Under the pieces are notes generated by a model, which did not search any database, was not told the origin of the DNA, and worked only from the letters and a program-made list of their open reading frames with translations. A program made the translations under genes and the position numbers. This document shows, one piece after another, positions 35,809-47,647 of a stretch of DNA of 64,000 nucleotides (within the stretch, counting starts at the first letter, position 1; each line of letters starts with the position of its first letter). Source of the stretch: Fimbriosthenelais zetlandica (lineage: Eukaryota); assembly GCA_977030845.1 (NCBI GenBank), contig OZ365114.1, positions 25,296,001 through 25,360,000 of the forward strand, written 5' to 3'.

Positions 35809-37677
35809 TTACATTTTAATTTTCCCCGTCAAAATATCATTGTAAATGACATCATTTAGAACCTGGAATGTTTTATTTTTGAAGTCTATATAAAACAATG
35901 GGTCCCGTTTACACTTAGAAGGATCAAATCCTTCATTGACAAAGTCCCCTTTGATTTGTTTGTGGGTAGAAGTCATCTTCAGTTCTTTTGGGATACGGAT
36001 GAACCGTGGAATTGCATACGAGGCAAGATCCTTGCTACATTGCTTAAACAACTCAGACAAATCAGATTGAGAAAGTGAATCCTTATTCAGAACAATAGCT
36101 GCCATGCCCGCCCGACCATCGTAACCAGGAATCTGAACCCCATATACATTGGCATCTTGAATTCCCTCTGCTGCCGAAATGACATTGGAAACTTCAATGG
36201 TGGAGACATTTTCGCCTTTCCACCTGAAAGTGTCTCCAATCCTGTCACAGAAGTAGATATTGTACTCGTTGTCTTGTGTGAATAGATCACCAGAGTTGAT
36301 GTACACGTCGCCCTTCTTGAAGACATCACGGATGATTTTCTTCTTGGAGACTTTCTCATTGCCTTGATAACCATCATATTCGAAGTTTTTCTTCACTGGG
36401 GCAACCATAAGTCCTGGCTGACCGTGGGCTACAACTTCGCACAAGCCTTCAGTATTTCTTAATGGTTCAGCCGTTTGAAAGTCATACTTGATGAAGTAGA
36501 TGGGGTAGAGACGCTTCATAATAGGTGATAATTTACCCACTGCTCCAGGAATGTTCAGGAAATTGACAAAGCCAGCGTTGCCCTCAGTGGAAGCATAGAA
36601 TTCCCCAATGGCAGGAATCTTGAATCTCTCCTGGAATTCGAGCCACACATCCTTGCGCAAACCATTGCCAAAAGCAAATCGAATATTGTGGCATTTCTCA
36701 CTCTCACTGGGCTCAGTGTTGACTAGGTATCTACAGAGCTCCCCAATGTATTGTATGACTGTCACATTATGCCTGCAGCAATCATTCCAATATTCTCTTG
36801 CTGAGAACTTAGTGCGAATAACTATTGAAGCTCCATGGGTAACAGCACTACCAAGACCTATCATACTGGCTGCAGAGTGGTAGAGAGGCAAGGGGGAGTA
36901 TATAATATCATCCTCATTAATGCCCATATATTTCATAATACAACCAGCCTTAATGATTTTCAGATGCGTAATAATAGCAGCCTTAGGTAAGCCAGTAGTG
37001 CCTGAAGTATAGATGAAAGCAGCTTTGTCGTTCACATTGATTTCACCTCTCATTGACCTGTCTGGATTGGCAGAGGATGCCATTTCCAGAAGACCATCAA
37101 TACGTTGGTAACCATGTGGAACTTTATCCTGACCTTGTGTATAGAACTTCACATCAGCATCAATGTCTGATTGGATATCTTCAATGGCTTCAATCAAGTG
37201 ATCCCCTGAGCCTATGAAAAGAGCCTTAGCACCGCTTACATTTAAGGAATGCAAGAGAGCCTTTTCTCTCAGATTAAAATTGAGGAAGGCAACACGGACT
37301 CCAATTTTGGCCAGACCATAGAAAGTCCATATAAATTCAGGCCCATTGTAAGCCAAAATTGCTACAGAATCCCCATTCTTCAAACCTAGTTGCCCAGAAC
37401 AGACATGAGCTACACGATTCACTTGCTCATTCATGTACTCATAAGTGTACACATTATCTTGGAATATCAGCAGAGTTTTGTTAGGTCTTTCCTGGGCATG
37501 TTTCTCCAAAATATCCATCATTAATCGGCCTGATTTCACCACCTTAGTGAAGCCAGCAAGCACCTTGAGTTGAATGAAGAGATTTTTGATATCATCACGA
37601 AGCCAGGGAAATAAACGATGTAAAACTAGTGGCACGCCCACAGCACCAAACAAGGCCGAAGCTAGGAACTTCCACAT
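35809..37677 (-). CDS. SLC27A2: Fatty acid transport protein / very-long-chain acyl-CoA synthetase (SLC27 family), 622 aa, intronless CDS
   Basis: Single ORF with N-terminal hydrophobic anchor, YTSGTTGLPKAA, EFYASTEGN and DRIGDTFRWKGENVST. Likely start MWKF at 37677; 5'UTR acceptor at 37728-37729 and donor near 37986. Paralogue assignment within SLC27 is tentative. Confidence 0.92.
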   Translation of the reverse strand: MWKFLASALFGAVGVPLVLHRLFPWLRDDIKNLFIQLKVLAGFTKVVKSGRLMMDILEKHAQERPNKTLLIFQDNVYTYEYMNEQVNRVAHVCSGQLGLKNGDSVAILAYNGPEFIWTFYGLAKIGVRVAFLNFNLREKALLHSLNVSGAKALFIGSGDHLIEAIEDIQSDIDADVKFYTQGQDKVPHGYQRIDGLLEMASSANPDRSMRGEINVNDKAAFIYTSGTTGLPKAAIITHLKIIKAGCIMKYMGINEDDIIYSPLPLYHSAASMIGLGSAVTHGASIVIRTKFSAREYWNDCCRHNVTVIQYIGELCRYLVNTEPSESEKCHNIRFAFGNGLRKDVWLEFQERFKIPAIGEFYASTEGNAGFVNFLNIPGAVGKLSPIMKRLYPIYFIKYDFQTAEPLRNTEGLCEVVAHGQPGLMVAPVKKNFEYDGYQGNEKVSKKKIIRDVFKKGDVYINSGDLFTQDNEYNIYFCDRIGDTFRWKGENVSTIEVSNVISAAEGIQDANVYGVQIPGYDGRAGMAAIVLNKDSLSQSDLSELFKQCSKDLASYAIPRFIRIPKELKMTSTHKQIKGDFVNEGFDPSKCKRDPLFYIDFKNKTFQVLNDVIYNDILTGKIKM

Positions 37678-38322
37678 GATGATGCCTTCTATATTTCCAC
37701 TCCTTTCACTTCTTCTTCTTATCACACCTGTGTATTCTTGCTGATTATCTTATCCCTGGGGCTTCAGGGGATGGTTCCACGGCAACAGCTGCTGATGGCA
37801 ACCTTTCTATGTAAGATACAGTGTGGTAATGGTGTAGTTATTCTAGAGCTCAATAGGCCCTCCTCTCAACTTATGTGGGAGAAATGACCTTTGAATGAGG
37901 ACGCTTCCATGTATATATGTACGATGTCCCCAGCTATGTCCTGGTTTCGGGGAGGTAATATACTGACTGGGTCTCGTGCTACTTACCCACACATGGGTGT
38001 CATTCAGATATTATATAGTCTGCTCATTTAAATGTCCACTGCCTTCATGTGCCTATAGTATTGTACATGATGAGCGGTTCTTGTAGTGGATGATTCATAT
38101 AAACGTGGTATCCAGACGGATATAAAAATGCACAGATTGAAGTCAATATGTAGTATCACTCGATATCCTTAAATCCTCACAGCATACATGTATACATGGG
38201 TGTGCATATTATTGTATGCACTAATGCGAGGAACACCCATTGAGGAAATGTGTTGACTATTGTATCGACACGGAGGTGGGGGTCTCCGGGGGGAGGGTTT
38301 TCTACCTGTGCAACGTCACCTG

Positions 38323-38410
38323 GGGCCCGTTTCAAAACAACGCTGAGCTATTAGACAATGGTAATTCAGTTAATATTAAGTAGACCTAATCTTCCTTCTG
38401 AAACAGGCCC
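38323..38410. mobile_element. 88-bp MITE with 12-bp TIRs and CTG target duplication (Harbinger-like)
   Basis: ctg-GGGCCCGTTTCA...TGAAACAGGCCC-ctg, one TIR mismatch. Superfamily inferred only from the 3-bp CWG TSD. Confidence 0.65.
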
Positions 38411-39220
38411 CTGGGCCTTCTTAAATTAGCTCCTGAGCAAGGTTTCATGATTACTTGACCTAAGTTCAACCTACCATACAGGAGCCTATTTCATAATAAC
38501 TAGTGTAATGTTTAACCCATGGCTTTGTGTGGCTATACTGTAGTAGTTTTGGAACAGGCTTCAGTTATAATAGGCCTAACAATCTTCTCAAATTGAATAA
38601 TTGGCTTAATCATAGATTTAGCTTGGATTGTTTTTGCTCTTTTCATCCTTAATACCTTTTGATAAATGTCGGTAAATAATTAGATTACCCATGAGACGTC
38701 ATTCTTCACTGAGACATAATAAAACCTGATTTAGAGATAATTGAGTGCATCCTAGAAGATTTTTTTAGTAGAACTAAAAGATGTTTCTGAAAAATACGTT
38801 CTGCCTTTAATTCCCATGGTAGAAACTAAGAAACAAACCATATTTTACACTTGCAAATTGTACATGGACATTACACCAAAGTGCTGCCATGCTTGCTATC
38901 ACATCAACTAGAGGCTGCAGAGACTATCGTCTCGTGAAGGAAGCGTACGTGTTTAAGGCATGTTCAAAATATATGACGTACATTATACCTGTATGATTAT
39001 GCCTCTTTGATATGTCCCACTGCTTAGCAGCTTGTAGGGTGGGAACTCTAGAGTGAAGATCTATTGGATACAGTGCACACGTGAAATAAATAATTGAGTG
39101 TGGAATATGAATGAAAAAAAATATTATTGTATAGGTGCATCTTGGCAAATACTTGTTGAGGTGAACCTGTGTAAACTAGTCAATAAAACATTGTATCTGT
39201 GAAAAAAAAATCAAAAGTTT

Positions 39221-39317
39221 TCATGAGACTCGAACCCCTAACCACCAAGCTTCCATGAAGTTTGACAAAGATAGGCTACACTCTGCCCGTGGACCTAATC
39301 CATTCTGCCATGGCACC
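39221..39317 (-). pseudogene. tRNA-derived relic or SINE head
   Basis: A-box TGGCAGAATGG and B-box GGTTCGAGTC on the minus strand, spaced wider than in a normal tRNA. Confidence 0.4.
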
Positions 39318-39885
39318 TAATCATACACTAATACTTGCCTTCCCTCTTTGGTTGACGGGAACATGCAAACCGGAATCAATCACTATTTCACATAGCAACA
39401 CTATTTCTCACGGTTAGTTTTATACCAAGTTTAGTTGTGTTTACAATTTGGATGATCTAGGTCAGGAAAGAGTCGATGAGAAAATCAGAATGTGTTGGAG
39501 GCAGTGGGACTCGAACCCAAAATATTTAGCGAACCTCCAAAGTCAGAAAAGGGGAAAGGTCCACTCATTGTAAAGGTAGGATGTGAATGAGTTCAAATAC
39601 ATGTAGGAATGTTGCTGTGAGCATTGAGGAGAGTATCAGTATTTAGTACATGGTTGTGGGTTTTTGTTTACGTATAGACCAATTACTAAATGTTATAGAA
39701 ATGTCTAGGGTCTGTATAGAGACGCGTCTCTATAGGATTGGAAAGTTATATAATTTCTAACGGTAGGTCAATGGCTTGAAGCATATAATTAGAATGGTCC
39801 CAGGTGAAAATGGTCAGTACCCTGTACTAAAGGCAATAACTTTGTCAAGTCTCGGAGTTTTTCATATTTGAAATGGAAAAATCTT

Positions 39886-39968
39886 GACTTGGGGGGGTTG
39901 CGAACCCATGTTGTTGGTGTGACCCTCTAAATAGGAGTCCAACACCTTATCCATTCGGCCACCGAATC
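39886..39968 (-). pseudogene. Degenerate tRNA-Ser-like sequence (83 nt, long variable arm)
   Basis: GATTCGGTGGCCGAATGGATAAGGTGTTGGACT-CCT-...GGGTTCGCAACCCCCCCAAGTC resembles tRNA-Ser D and T arms, but the anticodon stem is mismatched and the B-box has an insertion. Confidence 0.45.
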
Positions 39969-40161
39969 TGTTGTGATTGACAAATTGTTATACAAGTGAG
40001 GGGCAGAGAAGTGTAAAAACCGGTCCATGGTTTCATATAAATACACAATTTAAAACTTACTTAAAAACAAGTGTATACATTAGCTTAATGTGTCTGAGCA
40101 GTAGAATAAGCTCGAAAGGCTCCGAGATTGGTGAAGGTTATGCAGGTAAAACTTCGAGCCG

Positions 40162-40574
40162 AAGGCCAACCTTAGAGGCTTTCTATCACGAATCCACCTA
40201 GTGTTCAGGACACACAATACAAGCCTTTGAATCCCCATTGACACCAACGCCGCATATTGGTGAAACCTTACATATTTTTCATTGCAAGATGGCGGACACA
40301 AAATGGCGTCATTCTGAAGATATTGTGGACCTTTGCGAAAATGATAATGTGGAATAAATGCTTAAATACGTCCAGTAGAGGCAAACAACCTATGCGGTTA
40401 AGTAGAAGATGTATTTATACGATAATGTGGGCCTCAAAATACACACGCCAAATAGTTTAATAAGCCAAATATCGACAAAATGCAGAGAAGCAGACGACGC
40501 CTACCAAACAGAATCCAATAAAAAAAGGAAGCTTACGCTTCCTTAACAAAAAGGAAGCTTACGCTTCCTTAAAA
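40162..40574 (+). repeat. ~410-bp direct repeat, copy 1
   Basis: Nearly identical to 46844-47252 (one substitution and one short indel seen); both copies give the same 67-aa track ORF. Confidence 0.95.
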
Positions 40575-42427
40575 AAGGACCCTGGTGGCCAAAACCGCAC
40601 TTCCGGTGTCATGGCGGCCAGAATGACTGGTTACTACATAAAAGAAAACAACCAGGAAGCAGTCTAGGCTACCCTAGGCTGCATTTGTAGAAAATGTTAC
40701 TAAAATCGGGCATAAAATCAAGCGTTTCCGGTTTTACGGGTAATTAGATCAACTGTTCAGGCAGGGAGTGAGAAGTTTTAATGTAGTTCTCTTATTTTCA
40801 CTTAACTCAAGTTTAATATGTTCAATATTTATAATTAAAACATTACCATTTGTCTAAATATTCAATTTCAAACTCGCCTTATTTTTTTTCTAGAAATGAT
40901 TAATTCATTAGTTTGTCAGTAATTCTTTATTATTTAACAATGTCAACATTTGTTTTCCATAATCTTTTGCGAGCGTCCTGGCTCGGCTATAAGGGATTTA
41001 AAAATTATTCCGGAATTCAGTAATCGTATAATTATATCACATACATTATATATCTACATTCACTGGTCGTTCTAACTACTAGGCCTAGATTTTACAAATT
41101 CGCATTATAGTTTCCACTATGAATTTACAATTATTTTTGTTGTAAATAAGTTACTTCAATAGGCTATATGGGGTGGGGATGGGGTGGTGGTGTCCGATCT
41201 AAAAGGCACGCGTTTAGGAAGGGCGTAAGGAGGTAAGCAGATATCATCCAAAATGGGATACGAGCACCAAAAATATTCTGGGACAAATTTGCTATTTCTA
41301 CTATAAAGTTGGAAGCGCTTCCTGATAAAGTGGTCACCTGGTTTGTACAGTCACTCTCCCTGCTCCACACCGTGCTGGATGGGTTAGTGTTTATTATGAG
41401 TTAATGTCTGTGTGGGTTAGTGGCTGTGTGTGTGTTAGTGGCTGTGGGAGTTAGATTCAGAGCACGCAGAGTGACTGTCAATATACAGGCTACGTCTACA
41501 ACAGGAAGTACCACATGGAATGTGGAAAAAATTTCTAATTCGGTTAATTGTAAAGCACCGGGAACATTTATGAAAAGAAAATAAAGCTGAAAATAAAGGG
41601 GAGGGGGGGTTGGTTGGTGGTAATTTGGACCGGACTTTCGGCTACTTTTGTATTAGATCGAGATTCCATATACAATTTCTAAATTGTTCTGCATACATAC
41701 TAGATTTTTAAGGATCTAAAATAAGGAGTGCCAAATGGTACAGTTTGTCTATAATAAACACTAAAATATTCGTTTGTCGATAGTATTGGGAAGTTTGAAT
41801 AACAATACTTTAGATTAATTTGATTTTTGATATATCATATATGAGTTTAGTTCAGCCGTTGCCGCCAGGAGTAAACATCTCGTGTGTCAGAGGACCACTC
41901 TACACCACGCCGCTAGATGTCACCACACGCCCTGAAAACACCATAAAATTATTACACGAACGAGGCTAATTAACACAGACCGGCAATGAATTACTAGCAA
42001 ATAGAGAAATGAGAACTCCACTAATTTACAATTGAAATGTAAACCTACTCTTATACATTCGGAACATGTACAATGACATGTATACATACCTTGAGTAGTT
42101 CCCATCCACAAGAGAAAAACTAGAGTAGAACCAACATCACCATGGCAACAACAACCAACACTACACCATGGCAACAAAAACCATTACCTGAAATCATACA
42201 TTAATAAATAAATACAATTTCTTTTTAATTTCAAGTAATTTTCAAATTCAATTTTAAAAACATTTGTATATTATAGCTACCACTTCACCTGGGCCTATTT
42301 CATAATAAATTAATAATAAGTAACAATGGACTAGGAAACCCTACCTTGGTTACAGCATCGAACCCCACCTTGGTTGAATGTGCCCTCCCCCGGACCCACT
42401 CTACAGGGTCGAATAATTAAAGTCGGT

Positions 42428-42575
42428 CCCGGACAATTTAAGGGGCAGAACGGGGACAATTTAAGGGGCAGAACGGGGACAAGTTAGGAAAGGGGACAAT
42501 TTAAGGGGCAGAACGGGCACAATTTAAGGGGAAGAACGGGCACAATTTAGGGGGCAGAGCGGGGAAAATTCGGGC
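42428..42575 (+). repeat. 23-bp minisatellite (ggggacaatttaaggggcagaac), about 5-6 degenerate copies
   Basis: Visible tandem periodicity. Confidence 0.85.
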
Positions 42576-44207
42576 CCCAGGTCGAGTGGAGAATGGCACC
42601 AAAGCAGATGAGGAGGCACCAGAGTAGAGAAGGGGCCACAGAGTTGAGAAGGGCACACATACAAGAGAAGGCGCACCAGAGTAGAGAACGAGTGTAAGGA
42701 AGAAAGAGTAGGATGATAAAAATACAGGAGAAAGAGCACCAGATGGGCCAGAGAAAATGGCCACACAAATGGTCACACAGCCAAACACAAACATGCGGAC
42801 AATACAGAATGGTACACAGGACAATACAACATAAAGAACAGAATCCTATATTAAGCAGGTCAACAATACAGTTGATAATTTGTTTTAAGATCAATAGGTT
42901 ACGTTAGAAATTATAGTGTTCTACTTGTAATTGCTGATATTCTAAATTTTGAAATTGTTTAAAAGTCTAGTTCAAAATGTTTCTGATATGCTAGATTATA
43001 CATTTGTAATTCTTTACTTAGATTATTTAAAATCAAGCCCATTAAATGTATATGGGATTGTATTATTTAAAATTAAATAGCTGCAACATAAATGGATTAG
43101 TAACATTTTAATACAATATGTATACAAAATGTATATTTTAAACTTGAAATTGAAGTACAAAATGATAGATAAAATTTGAAACTAGTAATTGATAATTTCA
43201 TTTTAATTCTAATCACAGAATCTACAGTATAAACTACAATATCTACAGTATATGTTTTTATAAATTACTTCATAAAGTGAAAGATTGAAACGAAATGAAA
43301 CTCATTTTGATTAATAAGTCTCAACTTACCTGTGAGGAAAGTAAATAACACGGGACAGAAATGAGACAAACTCGTGAAAATGGGACAAACACGGGAAAAG
43401 GAGCGGCGGTATGAATGAAAAACGCGAGGCCTCGACATCCTCCCAACACAGAGGCAGCCTGAGGTGGGAAGATGGGCCTGGGATGCTGGGCCTATAGGAC
43501 AACGGGCCTATATCGGGCCAAATCATCGGCAAAACGTTAAGCCAAGCGCTGTGCAAAGGCACAGTTAAACTATCGCGATAAGTCTACAAAACAGGCGACA
43601 AGAAATATAAAACTAAATTAAACCGTAAATTTTGAGATGAAAATTATCAAAGAAAGCAACGGTAAAGGATGGAACTACTTGACTTGATTATATACAGCCG
43701 AGTTAAGGTACACGCGGATTTAATGAACGCTTGAAACGTAGTGAAACTCGCGGGCAGAAGCCACGTTATCTTACGATGCGAACACGGCAAAGCGGTTTAC
43801 TGTCGCAACATTTTATAAAACGCCTATAAAAAGTGAATACAAAAATATACTATGCGGCTACACGAGGCGGTAGAAACAACTAAATCAGTTTTTCGGTCGC
43901 TGTTATGGATTTTTCCTAGGCTTGTTACAACCAAAAAAGCCTAGGAGAAGTCCGATGTATAGATCTATATGTATGTACACGGATTTATAATTAAATATTT
44001 CTCTATTGTGAATCTATCAGTCATGTTTGTGAACTAATTATCGTGGTCGCTTCTTTGCGGATTGAATAAATATAAGATTTTTAGAAAAGGTACATAAAAA
44101 AAAAGAAAAAATCTATTTGTATAGCAAGATAGTTGTCATATTCTGTATCAAGTATTTGAGGATGATTATATAAAGTACCGGCACGAGATGGAGTCATGTA
44201 GTGTTGA

Positions 44208-44248
44208 GGCCTGTTTCATAAGTCTGGGTTAATATTATGAAACAGGCC
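44208..44248. repeat. Perfect 14-bp inverted repeat with 13-nt spacer, related to the MITE TIR
   Basis: ggcctgtttcataa (44208-44221) / ttatgaaacaggcc (44235-44248). Confidence 0.8.
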
Positions 44249-46843
44249 ATGGTTTGTTACGTTAAGGAGCTAATCTAGTCCTGGTGGGACCCCGACCCCT
44301 CCTCCCCCCAACCTCATAAACCTCAAACATGGGGAGAAGCTAAAGCACCATCAGCAGACCTAGCCTGACTAATTAGGATACGTTTAATTTTTAAATTTCC
44401 AAGTTGAATTTAAGCTTGGATTGGTGTGAAAATAAGTTAATAATTGTATCCAGAGTTTAACCCTTTGAGGCCCGTTTATCACCCACCCAACATCCTGACA
44501 TCTGAGAGGGGATAGAGAGAGTTATCTAAACTGATGGTGCTGGGTCCCTGAGCTACTAGAGGGCCTGCCAGATAGATCCTAAATATCACAATACAAACAA
44601 AATAATTCACACAAAAACCTCTAAATTCCTGAAAATAAAGGGAAAAAGAGCTGAAAAATAAAACAATTGACATTAGTACGCCCTGGCAGGCCCATCTAGA
44701 TGAACGGATGTAAAGTTTTGTACTCACAAACTTGAATTGTTGGTATAATCCAGGCACATTTCACACACATTTGCCTTTTAACAGGCATTTTTGGCCATTT
44801 CACAAATTTCACATATGGCCCTTTCACATATGCCTACTTGAGGCACTTTCACATATTTTAGCAGTTTCACATTCCTGTAGCAAGATTGAAGAACGGCGAG
44901 AAGGTTGATTTCACAAGACAAGCATGTGTGGTGTGGGGGTTGGAGGGAGTTGGGGAAAAGGGGAGGAGGGTAGTGGGGGAAAGGGCCTGATTCTCAGGTA
45001 CCATGGGGGTTACCCAGGCATTTTCTTGGGGTGGGTTGGGGAGTGGGGAGTGGGGTGGGAGTGGGGAGTGGGGTGGGAGTGGGGTGGGAGTGGGGAGTGG
45101 TCTAGGGGGTGGGAAGGCGACGGTGGGGCTGCCTGTGAATCTGAAGGTTGTGGTGATGACGTTGCTTCTCTCTGATGGTGGCACAGGCGATGGTGGCGCC
45201 ACTCCACTGGTGGTGGTGGCTTGGACCTTCAGTAACGGTGGTGCGGGAAGCCAAGGCTAGTCAGTGATAGCCGAGGCCTGTCAATGGTAGCTCATGGCTC
45301 AACCCTGTCAATGGCAGCTGAGGCCTGTCAATGTTAGCTCATGACTCAACCCTGTCTATGTCAGCTCACAGCAGCTGTAGTGGAAATACTGCAGAGCTTC
45401 ATCCATTTACTGAAAAATAAATTATAGACATTAAAGATCTTTAGAGCTACAGTGACAAGGCCGTAGAATGCACGGACGGGGTCTGCTTTATACAAATTTT
45501 CAAAATATTTTGAAGTTTAATAAGCCTTTTATTTTCACCAATTCCATTTCTACACTGTATTTTCAGGCGGCCAATTATTAATAATTGCGACATGAAATTA
45601 ATAGAAAGGTTGGTGTAAAATTAATGGTGTATACACCAGGAATGAAATGTATTTTGAGGAGAGATTGGGAGTGACTGTTTGAGTGAAGGCAAGTCGCGGG
45701 AGTTCAATGGAGCGGAAAAAACAAACACCGTCCGACCTCAAAACACACAGAAAGTACATGAATAAATCAAACCTACTTTATATAGCGCCTTCTGTGCTCC
45801 TTCACTTGGTGTGTTTTAATTATTGAGGAAGTTGAGTTAGTTTGTACGGCGCTGTAGCCTACTTGTCCTGGATAAAAGTAGGCCTATAGGCTGTAGAAAA
45901 AGGAAGCGTCTACAGGTGTATGGCGTTAGGCTGCCAGTGTTGTAGTGAGTTCAAACATGGCGGGGTTGCGGGGTTGCGGGGTTGCCATGACGCGACATGC
46001 TAACATGCGCGATTAACAGGGAGTATACTCGTTGACGTATATATCTATAGCCAACATTCCATTTGCCTATAGAATCATGTATAGGGTAAAAAGGGGTGTA
46101 TCGCGCATTTAAGCACGATATAAGCCGGATATACTCCAAGAATCAAATGCACGGCCAAAAGAACAACGATTGCCACCTACGTTCATTAAATTATGGGGAA
46201 TAGGCTAAATAGGCCTACTAAAAAAAAGAGTTTTTGGACTTGATAATCATTACCGTAATAAAAATTCTTTAGGGAATGGTGGGTGATTTGAGGCTGCACT
46301 GGAGACGGATTACTTGTTGTTTGCAGAATAAGGCGCCAAAATCGAAAAAGTATTCTCCCAAAGGGGATTCGAAAACAAAACTCTGGTGCTGTCATCTGTC
46401 TTATTTTAATTGAAATGAAATGTGGGAGATCTTACTTCATGTCTCAAGCACAAGGTGGCAGCCTTTTGCTATACATCTGGGTCAGGGACCACCAAATGTT
46501 TTCATTTTATTGTAACTGAAATATTTTGATCTTGTTAAAGTGTCACAAGCTAACTATTTGGAGATCTATCAAGAAGGGCAGCTAAAAAGGGATAACTTAT
46601 GAGGAACAGCAAGAAAAACCGATTGTTGAGTCTATCATTATTAGTTAGCAACAAAGACCTAAAAAGAGAAAACCTAGGTTGAATTCAATATCTAGGTTGA
46701 ATTCATGGCCTTATCATTTCAGACATGATTTCTACTAATTATGTAGATATGACTGTCGAGTGTTGTGGCATTAGATCCTATAACAAGCATTTTCCAACGT
46801 TTGTTTAGGTCGCCTCTGTGTACTTTATGTCTTTATGTACTTT

Positions 46844-47252
46844 AAGGCCAACCTTAGAGGCTTTCTATCACGAATCCACCTAGTGTTCAGGACACACAAT
46901 ACAAGCCTTTGAATCCCCATTGACACCAACGCCGGATATTGGTGAAACCTTACATATTTTTCATTGCAAGATGGCGGACACAAAATGGCGTCATTCTGAA
47001 GATATTGTGGACCTTTGCGAAAATGATAATGTGGAATAAATGCTTAAATACGTCCAGTAGAGGCAAACAACCTATGCGGTTAAGTAGAAGATGTATTTAT
47101 ACGATAATGTGGGCCTCAAAATACACACGCCAAATAGTTTAATAAGCCAAATATCGACAAAATGCAGAGAAGCAGACGACGCCTACCAAACAGAATCCAA
47201 AAAGGAAGCTTACGCTTCCTTAACAAAAAGGAAGCTTACGCTTCCTTAAAAA
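46844..47252 (+). repeat. ~410-bp direct repeat, copy 2
   Basis: Matches 40162-40574; ends in two tandem copies of the hairpin AAGGAAGC-TTAC-GCTTCCTT. Confidence 0.95.
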
Positions 47253-47647
47253 TGTATACAAAGAAAAGTGACTTACAAACTTTATTTGGGATTAAACATA
47301 TGATTCCTACACAATCTACACGAAATAATACATTTATCTGGGATATATCAGGGCCAAATATGATTACAAAGCACAAAGTTCTTATGGCTGGAACAGACTG
47401 TGAACGACTTTCTCTTGTCATGCGACTTCGGAAAAAAACACCAGCAGTCGAGCATGGTGATTAGATTTTCTTATCAAGTCACATATGTCATGCGTTGTTC
47501 TAGGCACAGTCATTATCTCTCGGCTAGCGGTGCACAAAGAGACAGACGAAGGCAGGTGCGTTTAGTATAATAAATTACGTACGTAATGAGTGCGACCGAA
47601 AAAACGCTCTGGTCTGATAAAGTCATTAACACAGCACTATTGGCAAA

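Noticed and set aside
35809-35820. Peroxisomal PTS1 at the FATP C-terminus (IKM)
   Set aside because: Ile at position -3 does not fit the S/A/C-K/R/H-L/M consensus.
46881-47610. Alternative genetic code (TAA/TAG read as Gln) in the decayed ORF, since all internal stops are TAA or TAG
   Set aside because: About seven stops without TGA has roughly a 10 percent chance in AT-rich DNA, and C-to-T decay of CAA/CAG explains it; host genes use the standard code.
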